DNA from: an uncultured Thermoleophilia bacterium
GTDB lineage: Bacteria > Actinomycetota > Thermoleophilia > UBA2241
Direction: 5' to 3'
Length of the DNA stretch: 64,000 nucleotides
NCBI GenBank assembly: GCA_963715985.1
Contig: CAVQSP010000014.1
Span: 512,001-576,000 of the forward strand
The position numbers were made by a program, and so were the translations under genes. Below the pieces are notes generated by a model. That model was not told the origin of the DNA. It did no database searches and saw nothing but the letters and a program-made list of their open reading frames with translations. Every line of letters starts with the position of its first letter. Positions within the stretch are counted from its first letter, which is position 1. Shown in pieces: positions 20,696 through 30,905 of this stretch.

Positions 20696-23327
20696 TCAGC
20701 TGTTACCTCCCTCGACCACCCAGCCGTTGAAGCGCAGACCGGCGCCGGGGTCGTATTCTCTCTCGAAGGCCTCGGGGTACTCCGAGCGCCAGTGCTCCCA
20801 CTCCTCGGGCTTGATCTTCTGCACGTCCGCGAGGTAGCCGCTGGTGGCCTGGCCGCAGGCGTTCTTGGATGTCAGACCGTGCGGGGCGATGGTGTTGATG
20901 GCGCCGCCGCGGTCGACCTTGCCGGGGATGATGGGGTCGTGCCGGGCGCCGTGGTCGATGTAGGCCACGCCCGCCATCATGCGCTCCCACACGCAGGCGC
21001 CGGCGAGCACGATGCCGCGCTCGTTGAAGATCTTGACGATCTCGCCGTGCTTGATGCCGCGCGCTTCCGCGTCCACCGGGTTCAGCCACACAGGCTCGTA
21101 GTTGTAGTTGTCCGGGCCGAGGACCTTGCCGGTCGGCGTCTCACGCGCCCACGTGCAGTCGTCGCCCTGGGCGTGCGTCCGCCAGCGGGGGTGGTTCGAC
21201 ATGAGGATGAGCGGGAACATGTCGGCGCGCTCGCTGGAGAGCCGCTCGTCGTGCGTGATGCCCTTCTCGATCCACTTGGGGATGCCGGGGCGCTCCCTGT
21301 CGTCGGGGAAGTGCGTGGCGAGCCGCTCGGAGTAGAACTCCAGCAGGCCCGACGGGGTCTTGAGCGGATGGTTCTCGGGGTCCTCGTAGAACTCACGCAG
21401 GCCCGGAGGATCCTGCTCCCAGTCCTCTGCGGTCGGGAAGACGCAGTACTGCTTCTCCTTGAACTCGTCCCAGGTCATGTACCGATCGACGTGCATGCAC
21501 TCGTAGATCTCCTTCTCGAGATCCTCGATCGTCTTGCCCTTGGTGACCTGCTCCGTCATGCCCAGCTTCTCGGCGACCGCAAGCACGATCTCGTAGTCGC
21601 TCTTGGATTCGCCGACCGGCTCGATCGCCTTCTCCTGCAGCATGCAGGTCTGGTACGGCGGTCCCTGCCGGACGTTGGTGAGGACGTCCTCGACCTCCAT
21701 CGTCGTGTTCGCCGGCAGGATGACGTCGGCGTACAGGCAGTCGTTCTCCAGCCACGGATGCTGCGCGACGCAGAACTCGATGCTCTCATCGCGGTGCGCC
21801 TCGATGGTCCAGTTGCCGTGGTTCCAGCAGGTGATGCGGCAGGGCGTGTCGGTCCAGATCATGTGGAGCCTGGTGCCGCCTTCTTCCGGCGGGTTCGGGA
21901 ACTGGTAGTCGATGAACTGGTCCTCCGTCTCGGCGTTCTGCGCGCCGGTGCCGGAGAAGTGGATGGTCTCGCTGTTGAGGATGGCCTCCTGGATCAGCGT
22001 CTTGGGGATGTTCTGCGTGCCCCAGGCGTCGACGCTGCTCTGCACGGGGATGCGCAGGCCGTGGCTGAGGGAGGGGTTGAAGTAGCGGAAGTTCTCCAGA
22101 GACTCGGCGCGAGGCATGCCGAAGTACGAGAACTGCCACTGGTGCACGCCGGGGCCGCCGAGGCCCTGCATGCCGAGCAGGATGCACTCGAGGCGGCCGG
22201 GCTCGTGCGAGTAGGGGCCGCGGACCATGGAGCCGCCGAAGTAGTGCAGGATCGAGGTGCACTGCTTGGCGAACTCGCGTGCGAGCGCCTTGATCGTCCA
22301 CTCGGGGATGGCGGTCTTCTTGGAGGCCCACTCCGGCGTCTTGGGGATGCCGTCCTCCTCGCCGAGCACGTAGGCGGCGACCTTGTCCATGCCGACGGCG
22401 TGGGTGGCCACGTAGTCCTTGTCCCACGTGTCCTCCTTGAGCCACACGTGGATGATCGCGAGCTGCAGCGCGGCGTCGGTGTTGGGGAGGATGGGGATCC
22501 ACTTGTCGGCGTGGACGGCAGCACCGAAGTTGAGCTCGGGGCAGATGTAGATCTGCTTGATCCCGACCTTGGTGAAGAAGTAGCTGATGTTGGTCGCGTT
22601 CTGCCCGGTGAAGCCCCACGGCGTGGTCTCGTCGTCGCAGCCCCACTTGAGCACCATGTCGCAGTGCTCGACGACGTCCTTCAGGACGTTCAGCTGGGGC
22701 GCCATCATGCCCTGGAAGCCGTGGCCCCAGACGTGCTTGGAGCCCCAGTACCAGCCCTCCCAGCTGTCCGGCTGGCGGACCTGCAGGGTGAAGCCGCCCA
22801 TCTCGTCGAGCAGGCGGGCGCTGTGGCCGTGCGGGGTGTGGATGGTCTTGCTCTCGCCGTGGCCGTCGCCCTGGACGAGGATCGCCGCCGGGCCCGTACT
22901 GCTTGTGGATCCGTGCGATCTCCTTGGCGATGATGTCCGTCGCCTCGTCCCAGGAGATGCGCACGTACTTGCTCTTGCCGCGGTTCTGCGGGTTGCGCTC
23001 GCCGTCGGGGTCCCAGTCGACGCGCTTGAGCGGGTATTTGACGCGGTTGGGTGAGTACGTGCGCTTCTTGTAGGCGGTCATGTAGGGCGCCGGGCGCGAC
23101 CGCATGCCCGGTTCCAGGGTCTCGCCGTTGCGCTCCAGCTTCCAGGGGCGGAAGCTCTCACCGTCGTACTTCCAGTCGAACTGGAACGGCCGGATGCGCA
23201 CGATCTTGCCGTCCTTGACGTCCACCATGACCTCGCCGGTGCCGCCGAGGAGGCCGCCCTGCGACAAGGCCCTGATGACGGTCTTGTCCGGGGTCACGTC
23301 GACCTTCTTGCGCTCTCTGTCTGTCAT
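20696..23327 (-). CDS. Divergent transhydroxylase-family Mo enzyme alpha subunit; frameshift near 22890
   Basis: 'YPLKRVDWDPDGERNPQNRGKSKYVRISWDEA', 'QGDGHGESK' in place of SHH, 'QPDSWEGWYWG', 'SNHPRWRTHAQGDD'. Confidence 0.82.
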
Positions 23328-23376
23328 CTCGATCGCTGTCCTTTCGCCATCGTCGAAGGGGCCCTGAGGAGGCACA

Positions 23377-24234
23377 TCAATCAGGTGACACGGAAGACGG
23401 CCGGGATGGGTTCCAGCCGAGGTAGGCGGAGAGCGAGGCGGCCGCGCTCTTGACGGCGCGCGTGCAGAGCTCGCGTTCGTCGGGGCCGAAGCGCCCGGTG
23501 GGCATGACCACGGACATCGCGGCGACAACGTTGCCGAGCTGGTCGCGGACGGGCGCGCCGACCGCACAGATGCTGGGGAAGAGCCCCTCCACGTCGTAGG
23601 CCACGTCGTCCTCGACGACGCGGTCGAGCTCGTTCGCGAGCGCCTCGGGGTCGGTGACCGTATACGGCGTGTGCCGGCGCCGCGCCTGTGCCAGCACTTC
23701 GGCGCGCTTCTCCGGCGGAGCGAAGGCGGTGAAGATCTTGCCGTGCACGGAAGCGAGGTCGCCGATGATGCGCCCCGGGGCGACGTCGCGCTTGAAGGGT
23801 CGTGCGGAGTCGATGTTGGCAACACTCACGGGCGTGCCGTCCACCGGCACCGCCAGAGTGACCGACTCGCCGGTCTCATCGAGAAGCTGCTGCAGGAACG
23901 GGCGCGCGTGCTCCACGAACTCGGAGTAGTCCTCGACCACGTAGGCCATGGCGATGGTGGCGGGGCCGAGGTGGTACTGGTTGGTCGTGGTGTCGCGGAC
24001 CAGGAACTCTGCGGCCTCCAGCGTGCGGACCATGCGATACACGGTCATGCGCAGGAGGCCGGTGCGGGCGGCCATCTCGTCGATGGTCCACTCACGACGG
24101 TCCACGTCGAACAGCGAGAGGATAGAGAGGCCGCGCGCGAGAGCGCGCACGGTGAGCGGGTCGGTCTCGGCCGGTCTGTCGTGCACGCCGCCGGCCTGAC
24201 CGCCATCGCGAGCCTGTGCTGCGGTGGTCGTCAT
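23377..24234 (-). CDS. IclR family regulator, paralog of 305-1177
   Basis: 'VRALARGLSILSLF...RMTVYRMVRTL...YHLGP', 'ASVHGK', 'ICAVGAPVRD'. Confidence 0.9.
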   Translation of the reverse strand: MTTTAAQARDGGQAGGVHDRPAETDPLTVRALARGLSILSLFDVDRREWTIDEMAARTGLLRMTVYRMVRTLEAAEFLVRDTTTNQYHLGPATIAMAYVVEDYSEFVEHARPFLQQLLDETGESVTLAVPVDGTPVSVANIDSARPFKRDVAPGRIIGDLASVHGKIFTAFAPPEKRAEVLAQARRRHTPYTVTDPEALANELDRVVEDDVAYDVEGLFPSICAVGAPVRDQLGNVVAAMSVVMPTGRFGPDERELCTRAVKSAAASLSAYLGWNPSRPSSVSPD

Positions 24235-24288
24235 GCCATCCCCCTTGTCGGACCCCGATGCCTCTTGCCTGGCGCCGTTGCACAGGAG

Positions 24289-24336
24289 TACGATATTCGC
24301 GTTGCTATCAGACGATATCAGCGTTTTGACGATATG
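24289..24336. promoter_or_regulatory. Divergent control region with three ACGATAT half-sites
   Basis: tACGATATt, gACGATATc and gACGATATg between iclR and the third Mo enzyme; same half-site as 1193. Confidence 0.45.
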
Positions 24337-24418
24337 CAAGGTGTCTGGTCGTTCGGCGTCGCCCGGCGGGGGTCATGGCCGCGGCAGCGCTCCACGGGAG
24401 CCGGTGGGAGGTCGCCCA

Positions 24419-26947
24419 ATGAGTGAACAGGTCTTCACCAATCTGACGAACTGCGGGCCGGTGTCCGTGTACGTCAGGGACGGGGTGGTCACACGGATCC
24501 TGCCGCTCGTGGCGGACGAGGCCGACTTCCGGCCCTGGACGATCGAGGCGGGGGGCAAGCAGTACTCCCCGCCGAAGAAGTTCAACCTGGCGCCGATGGT
24601 GCACGCCGAGCGTCGGCGCCTCTATTCGGACGAGCGCATCAAGTACCCGATGAAGCGCGTCGACTTCGACCCGAACGGCGAGCGTAACCCCCAGAACCGC
24701 GGCAAGTCGGCGTACGAGCGCATCTCCTGGGACGAGGCGCTCGACATCGTCTCGGGGGAGATCGCGCGCGTGAAGAACGAGTACGGCAGCTCGGCCATCA
24801 GCGGCATGACCTCGTCGCATCACAACTGGGGCATCGTCGGCTACAAGATGGGCCCGTTCATGCGCTTCATGAACTGCCTCGAGGCCACCCCGGTCTTCGA
24901 CAACCCGGACAGCTGGGAGGGGTGGCACTGGGGCGCCACGCACACCTACGGCTTCTACTGGCGCCTTGGCATGCCCGAGCCGTTCGACAATCTGCAGGAC
25001 GTGCTCAAGAACTCCGAGATGATCGTCCTCTGGTCGAACGACCCCGATACCACGCGCGGCACCTACTCGGGCCAGGAGTCGGCCATCTGGCGCACGTGGC
25101 TCAAGGAGAAGGGCGTCCCCACAGTCTTCATCGATCCCTTCCACAACTACACGAACGCGCTCTTCGACGAGGGCAAGTGGATCGCCCCGCGTATGGGCAC
25201 CGACACGGCGCTGGCGATGGCGATCGCCTACGTGTGGATCACCGAGGACACGTACGACAAGGAGTACGTCGCCGACCGCACCATCGGCTTCGACGAGTTC
25301 AAGCCGTACGTGCTCGGCGAGACGGACGGCGTGCCCAAGACGCCGGAGTGGGCGGCCGAGGAGTCCGGCGTCGAGGCGCGCGTCATCCGCACGCTGGCGC
25401 GGGAGTGGGCCGGCAAGCGCACCGCCCTCGCGGCCGGCGCGCGGGGCGGCGAGGGCAGCGCGTGCCGGACCGCCTACGGCACCGAGTGGGCGCGGATGAT
25501 GGTGCTCCTCCAGGCCATGCAGGGTCTGGGCAAGCCGGGCATCACCATCGGCGGGATCTCGATGGGCGCTCCGGCGGACTTCGAGACCTGGTTCCCGGCC
25601 TACGCCGAGCCGCAGGGGCGCATGTCCCACTCGACGAAGGCGGCCGACTACATCCCGAAGAACTCCACGAAGCAGAGGCTGTGGCGGCTCACGGTGCCGG
25701 ACGCCATCCTGGATCCTCCCGTGGAGTGGGACGGCGCCGGCTTCTGCGGGCAGTCGCTCGAGCAGCAGTTCGAGCACTTCGTGTATCCGGCCGAGGGCTG
25801 CTCCGAGATCAAGCTCTGGTACCGCTACGGCGGCTCCTTCATGGGCACCATGTCCGACACCACCAAGTGGGTGCGCATGTACCAGAGCCCCAAGCTCGAG
25901 TTCGTCGTCAACCAGGACGTGTGGTTCAACAGCGAGACGCGTATGGCCGACGTCATCTTGCCGGCCTGCAGCAACTTCGAGCGCGACGACCTCGGCGAGT
26001 TCGCCGCCTGCGGCGGCTACACCACGAACTCGCACTCGGGCAACAACTACCGCGTCATCGTGCGTGAGCAGAAGTGCATCGAGCCCCTCTGGGAGTCCAA
26101 GTCCGACTACCAGATCCTCGCTGCCCTTTCCGAGCGGCTCGGCATCTACGACGAGTTCACGGACGGCGGCAAGACCGAGATCGACTGGGCCAAGGCGTTC
26201 TACGACTGCTCCGACCTGGCCAAGGTGCTCGACTGGGAGACCTTCGACAAGAAGGGCTACCACATCATCAACGCCCCCGAGGACTACGAGCCCAAGCCGT
26301 GCCTGCGCTGGTTCGCGGAGGGCCGCGCCTGCGACACGCCCGACACCGGCAACCCGAAGCGCGGCACCGACAAGGCGCACGAGCTCGGCACCTACAGCGG
26401 CAAGATCGAGTTCTCGTCCGAGAGCCTCAAGGCTCACTTCCCGGACGACCAGGAGCGGCCTGTCTCTCCCCGGTACATCGAGAGCTGGGAGGGCCATCAC
26501 ACGACCGAGCTCATCGAGAAGTACCCGCTGCAGCTCATGTCGCCGCATCCGCGCTTCTCGTTCCACTGCCACTACGACAAGCACACCGACTGGCTCGACG
26601 ACATCCCCGTCCACCGCATCAAGAAGGACGGCTACGCGTGGTGGCCGGTGCGCATGAGCCCGGCGGACGCGGACGCGCGCGGCATCCGCAACGGCGACAT
26701 CGTGCGCCTGTACAACGACCGCGCGTCCGTGCTCTGCTGCGCGGTCGTCACCGAGCGGATCCGCCCGGGCATCGTGCACAGCTACGCGTCGTCGGCCAAG
26801 TACGACCCGCTCGAGCCCGGCAAGGCCGACTCGGTCGACAAGGGCGGGTGCGTGAACATGCTGACGCCGTCGCGGATGGTCAGCCGGCACGCCCCGGGCA
26901 TGACGCCCAACTCGTGTCTCATCGACATCGCGAAGTGGGAGGGCTGA
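24419..26947 (+). CDS. athL: Third transhydroxylase-family Mo enzyme alpha subunit (intact ORF)
   Basis: 'TNCGPVSVYV', 'SSHHNWGIVGYK', 'DNPDSWEGWHWG', 'FPAYAEP', 'FAACGGY', 'SPHPRFSFH'; GGGAGG RBS. Confidence 0.87.
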   Translation: MSEQVFTNLTNCGPVSVYVRDGVVTRILPLVADEADFRPWTIEAGGKQYSPPKKFNLAPMVHAERRRLYSDERIKYPMKRVDFDPNGERNPQNRGKSAYERISWDEALDIVSGEIARVKNEYGSSAISGMTSSHHNWGIVGYKMGPFMRFMNCLEATPVFDNPDSWEGWHWGATHTYGFYWRLGMPEPFDNLQDVLKNSEMIVLWSNDPDTTRGTYSGQESAIWRTWLKEKGVPTVFIDPFHNYTNALFDEGKWIAPRMGTDTALAMAIAYVWITEDTYDKEYVADRTIGFDEFKPYVLGETDGVPKTPEWAAEESGVEARVIRTLAREWAGKRTALAAGARGGEGSACRTAYGTEWARMMVLLQAMQGLGKPGITIGGISMGAPADFETWFPAYAEPQGRMSHSTKAADYIPKNSTKQRLWRLTVPDAILDPPVEWDGAGFCGQSLEQQFEHFVYPAEGCSEIKLWYRYGGSFMGTMSDTTKWVRMYQSPKLEFVVNQDVWFNSETRMADVILPACSNFERDDLGEFAACGGYTTNSHSGNNYRVIVREQKCIEPLWESKSDYQILAALSERLGIYDEFTDGGKTEIDWAKAFYDCSDLAKVLDWETFDKKGYHIINAPEDYEPKPCLRWFAEGRACDTPDTGNPKRGTDKAHELGTYSGKIEFSSESLKAHFPDDQERPVSPRYIESWEGHHTTELIEKYPLQLMSPHPRFSFHCHYDKHTDWLDDIPVHRIKKDGYAWWPVRMSPADADARGIRNGDIVRLYNDRASVLCCAVVTERIRPGIVHSYASSAKYDPLEPGKADSVDKGGCVNMLTPSRMVSRHAPGMTPNSCLIDIAKWEG

Positions 26948-26951
26948 TCAG

Positions 26952-27780
26952 ATGCGCCTCGGCATGCTCATAGACGTCACCAGGTGCAGCGGCTGCCACA
27001 ACTGCTTCCTGGCCTGTCGTGACGAACACTACGGCAACGAGTACCCCGGCTACTCCGCGGCCCAGCCCCTGAACGGCCAGTTCTGGATGCAGGTCAGGGA
27101 GGTCGAGGGCGGCAAGTACCCGCGGCCCCGGCTCAACTACATCGCCATCCCCTGCCAGCACTGCCGGAACGCGCCGTGCCTCGACGCCGCCAAGGACGGC
27201 GCGGTGTATCGCCGCGAGGACGGGATCGTGATGATCGATCCCGAGAAGGCGAAGGGGCAGGACCAGATCGTGGCCTCCTGCCCCTACCGCGTCATCTACT
27301 GGAACGCCGAGCTGGAACTGCCGCAGAAGTGCGGCCTCTGCGCCCAGCGTCTCGACAGCCGGCGACAGGCAGCCGCGTTGCGTGGAGTCGTGCCCGACGG
27401 GTGCGATGGCGTACGGCGACCTCGACGATCCCGGGTCCGAGATCGCCAAGCGCCTCGAGGAAGTCTCGTCCGAGGTCCTGCATCCCGAGTACGGGACGGA
27501 TCCTCTGGTGACCTACGCCGGCCTCCCGGGCCGCATGGTCGCCGGCGAGGTCGTGCTCGAGGGCAGCGACGTCTGCGCCGAGGGCGTCAAGGTCACGCTC
27601 CAGGGCGACGGGGTCTCCCTGGAGACGGCGTCGAGGACGTTCGGCGACTTCGCCTTCGAGCGCCTGCCGCAGAGCAAGGCGTTCACGGTCACCGTCGCCG
27701 CCGACGGCTTCACGCCGCAGGTGTTCGACGTGAAGACGCACACCGACGTCGATCTCGGCGAGGTCGTGCTGACGAAGTAA
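26952..27780 (+). CDS. bthL: Transhydroxylase beta subunit homolog; frameshift near 27360
   Basis: 'CSGCHNCFLACRDEH...SAAQP...QFWM', 'CQHCRNAPC', 'DPEKAKGQDQIVASCPYRVIYWN', 'FGDFAFE'. Confidence 0.85.
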
Positions 27781-27801
27781 GGGCGCTATCAAGGTGCGCC
27801 G

Positions 27802-27858
27802 CTGAGGCGGCGGGCGTGGCGGGAGTGCACGACGTCCCCGCCGCGCCCGCCGCCTCGG
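27802..27858. terminator. GC hairpin between convergent genes
   Basis: GAGGCGGCGGGCGTGGCGGG ... CCCGCCGCGCCCGCCGCCTC. Confidence 0.45.
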
Positions 27859-27862
27859 TGGT

Positions 27863-28594
27863 TCAGGTGGCGCTCGCGCCCAGCCCCGAAGCCTCGAGGG
27901 CGCGGGTCATCAGCTGCCGGACCCTGCACACGTGCGACACGGCGGCAGCGGCGGCGCGCCCGGGGTCCTGCTCGCGGATCGCGGCCACGATCTGCTCGTG
28001 CGTGGCGAAGACGTCGTCCTCGGAGCTGTCGAGGAGCTCTTCGTCCACGGGCAGGAAGAGGTCGGCGCGCACCGCGTTCATGGCCAGCGCCAGACGCGAG
28101 CTGTGGGCGGCGCGGGCGATGCTGCGGTGGATGCCGGCATCCGCCTGGAAGAGCGAGGCGCGGCGGCGGTTGTCGCGCTCCTCGGCGAGGGCGCGCTCGA
28201 TGTCGTCGAGCTCTGCCTCCGTGCGGCGCTCCGCGGCCAGCTCGGCGAGCCGGCTCTCGATGGTGATGCGGAACTCGAAGATGTCGTCGAGCTCGCGGCG
28301 GTGCAGGGCCATCCACTGGTCCCAGCACTTCTGCAGAGCCTGCACGTCGCTCACACGCGAGCCGCCGTGGGCGCCGCGCGTGGTCACGAGGTAGCCGGTG
28401 CTCTCCAGCGACTTGAGCGCAAGGCGGAGGGTGACGCGTGAGATCCCCAGGCGCGCGGCCAGTTCGGTGGCAGGGGGGAGGCGGTCGCCCGGGCCCAGCT
28501 CGCCCCAGAAGATGAGGGCGCGCACGTAGCGCTCGGCGCTCTCGCTGGCCGTGCCGGGGGTGAGAGACATGTCGTCGAAGCTCTGTTCGCTCAT
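27863..28594 (-). CDS. GntR/FadR family regulator (FCD domain)
   Basis: 'LGPGDRLPPATELAARLGISRVTLRLAL...RGAHGGS', 'EFRITIE', 'ADAGIHRSIA', 'HEQIVAAI'. Confidence 0.9.
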   Translation of the reverse strand: MSEQSFDDMSLTPGTASESAERYVRALIFWGELGPGDRLPPATELAARLGISRVTLRLALKSLESTGYLVTTRGAHGGSRVSDVQALQKCWDQWMALHRRELDDIFEFRITIESRLAELAAERRTEAELDDIERALAEERDNRRRASLFQADAGIHRSIARAAHSSRLALAMNAVRADLFLPVDEELLDSSEDDVFATHEQIVAAIREQDPGRAAAAAVSHVCRVRQLMTRALEASGLGASAT

Positions 28595-28634
28595 GCCACC
28601 GAGTCCGTTCGTGTACGGCGTGATTGTAGCAGGC

Positions 28635-28670
28635 TTGACATGAATATCTAAATGGCTACCATCTATACAA
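28635..28670 (+). promoter_or_regulatory. Promoter TTGACA-N16-TACCAT with FadR-like near-palindrome AAATGGCTACCATCT
   Basis: AT-rich divergent intergenic region between gntR and the ACD-ior operon. Confidence 0.55.
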
Positions 28671-28716
28671 TTCAACGGGATCCCGGCAGCCCGCCGGGGT
28701 GATGAGAGGAGCCGCG

Positions 28717-30905
28717 ATGCCCGCCGACGTCCACGATGCGCGCGAGGTCGCGGCAGGCATCGTCGAGGGGGCGCTCAGGGCGGGTCGGCCGGCCCTCGAT
28801 GAGGCGGCCGCCAAGCAGGTCCTGGCCGCCTACGGCATACCCGTTCCGGCCGGCGGTGTCGTGCATTCGGCGCCGGAGGCGGTCGACCTGGCCGCAGCGC
28901 TGGGCGGGCCGGTGGCTCTGAAGGCCGCCGGCGCCCTCATCCAGCACAAGACGGAGGCCGGCCTGGTCCTGCTCGACCTGCGCACGCCCGACGAAGTCGG
29001 CGCCGGCTACGCGATCCTCGCGGAGCGCGGCGGCGACGCTCTGGAGGGCGTGCTCGTGGAGCAGATGGTGGCCGGCAGCCGCGAGTTCCTGATCGGCATG
29101 AAGCGCGACGCCGCCTTCGGTCCCGTAGTGACGTTCGGCCTGGGCGGGACCATGACCGAGGTGTTCCGCGACATCGTTCTGGCGATCCCCCCTGTCGCTG
29201 ACGACGATGTCGCGGAGCTCCTCGGCCTCATCAAGTCCAGGGCGCTGCTCGGCAACTTTCGCGGGCAGCCGGCCGTGGACCGCGACAAGCTCGTCGCGAT
29301 CTTCCAGGCCGTCGCGCGCCTCGCCGCCGAGCAGCCGCGCATCGCGGAGATCGACGTGAACCCGCTGCTCATCGCCGGCGACTCGCCGGTGGCCGCGGAC
29401 GCGCTGATCGTGCTCGGGGCGGAGGCGCGCGCAGGTGCCGGCGCACAGGGCGTTCACCCCCGACCTGGAGGCCGTGCTGGCGCCCCGGTCTGTCGCCATC
29501 GTCGGCGCCTCCGACGACGTCGTGAAGTGGGGAGGGTCGGCGCTCAAGAACATCATGGCCGGCGGGTTCGAGGGAGCCATCTACCCGATCCACCCCAAGG
29601 GCGGCGAGTTCTTCGGCTTGCCCGTGTATCCGAGTCTCGCCGACACGCCCGAGCCGCCGGACATGGCGCTGCTCGCCGTCGGCGCCGCTCGCGTCCCCGA
29701 CATGGTCGCGGAGTGCGGCGCCAGGGGCGTGCGGTCCGCCGTCGCCATCGCCGCCGGCTTCGCCGAGACGGGGGAGGCCGGGGAGGAGGCCGAGCGGACG
29801 CTGGCCCAGACGGCCGACGAGGCCGGCGTGACGCTCATCGGCCCCAACTGCATGGGCATCATCGCCAACGCCACCAGCTTGCACGCGACCGGCTTCATCG
29901 CCCTGCACCCCCGCCCCGGCAAGCTCGCCATCGTCTCCCAGTCCGGCAACCTCGGCGTCCAGCTGACGGAGCTCGCCGACCGTAGGGACGTGGGCGTACG
30001 CTGCTTCATCGGCGTCGGCAACGAGGCGCAGGTGAGCGCCGTGGACGTGGTCGACTACCTGTCGCGCGACGACGGCACGGCCTCCGTACTCATGTATCTC
30101 GAGGGCATCGACGACGGCCGTCAGCTGCTCGACGTGGCGCGAGCGACCGGCCGGAAGAAGCCGGTCGTCGTGCTGCGGGGCGGCCTCACGGAGCACGGGG
30201 GCAAGGCCGCCGCGTCGCACACCGGCGCCATGGCCGGTTCCGCGGCCGTCTTCGAGGCCGCGGCGCGCCAGGCCGGCCTCGTCACCTGCACCTCGGTACA
30301 GGAAGCGCTCGACCTGACGATCTGTCTTGCGCACCTCCCGCTGCCCAGAGGCCGCCGCATGGCCATCGTCACCAACGGTGGCGGCGCCGGCGTCCTCGCC
30401 GCCGATGAGATGTCTCGCCACGAGCTCATGCTCGTCGACCCCCCGCAGGAACTGCTGGACGAGCTCGACACCATCCTGCCGCCGTTCTGGAGCCGCCGGA
30501 ACCCGATCGACATGGTGGCCATGGCCGGCGGCGACGTCGCCCATCGCGTGCTCTCGGCGGTCGCCAAGAGCCCGGCTGTGGACGGCATCGTCGTCCTCTC
30601 GGTCCTCGGCGTGCCCAACACGGGTGACGAGGTGCGCTCCCAGAGCCTCACCGGCGACTACGACGACTTCAGCCCCTGGGAGAAGACGCTACCTCGACCT
30701 CGTCGCCGACCTCATGCGCGAGACCGGCAAGCCCATCATCAACGTCCCCGACCTGCCCCTGCGCCGGGCGCTTCACGCCGGCGACCACCTGTACACTCCC
30801 GTCGTGGTGTCCACGCCGCGCAACGCCGCGCTCGTTCTCGCGCGTATGGCGAGCTATGGCGCCTGGCGCCACGACACGAATCCGCGACCGAAGGATCCCG
30901 CATGA
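28717..30905 (+). CDS. ADP-forming acyl-CoA synthetase (ACD), ATP-grasp domain N-terminal to CoA-binding domain; frameshifts near 29433 and 30688
   Basis: 'HKTEAGLV', 'FGPVVTFGLGG', 'EIDVNPL', then 'PRSVAIVGAS', 'IGPNCMG', 'SQSGN', phospho-His 'AASHTGAMAG', 'NPID'. Confidence 0.87.
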
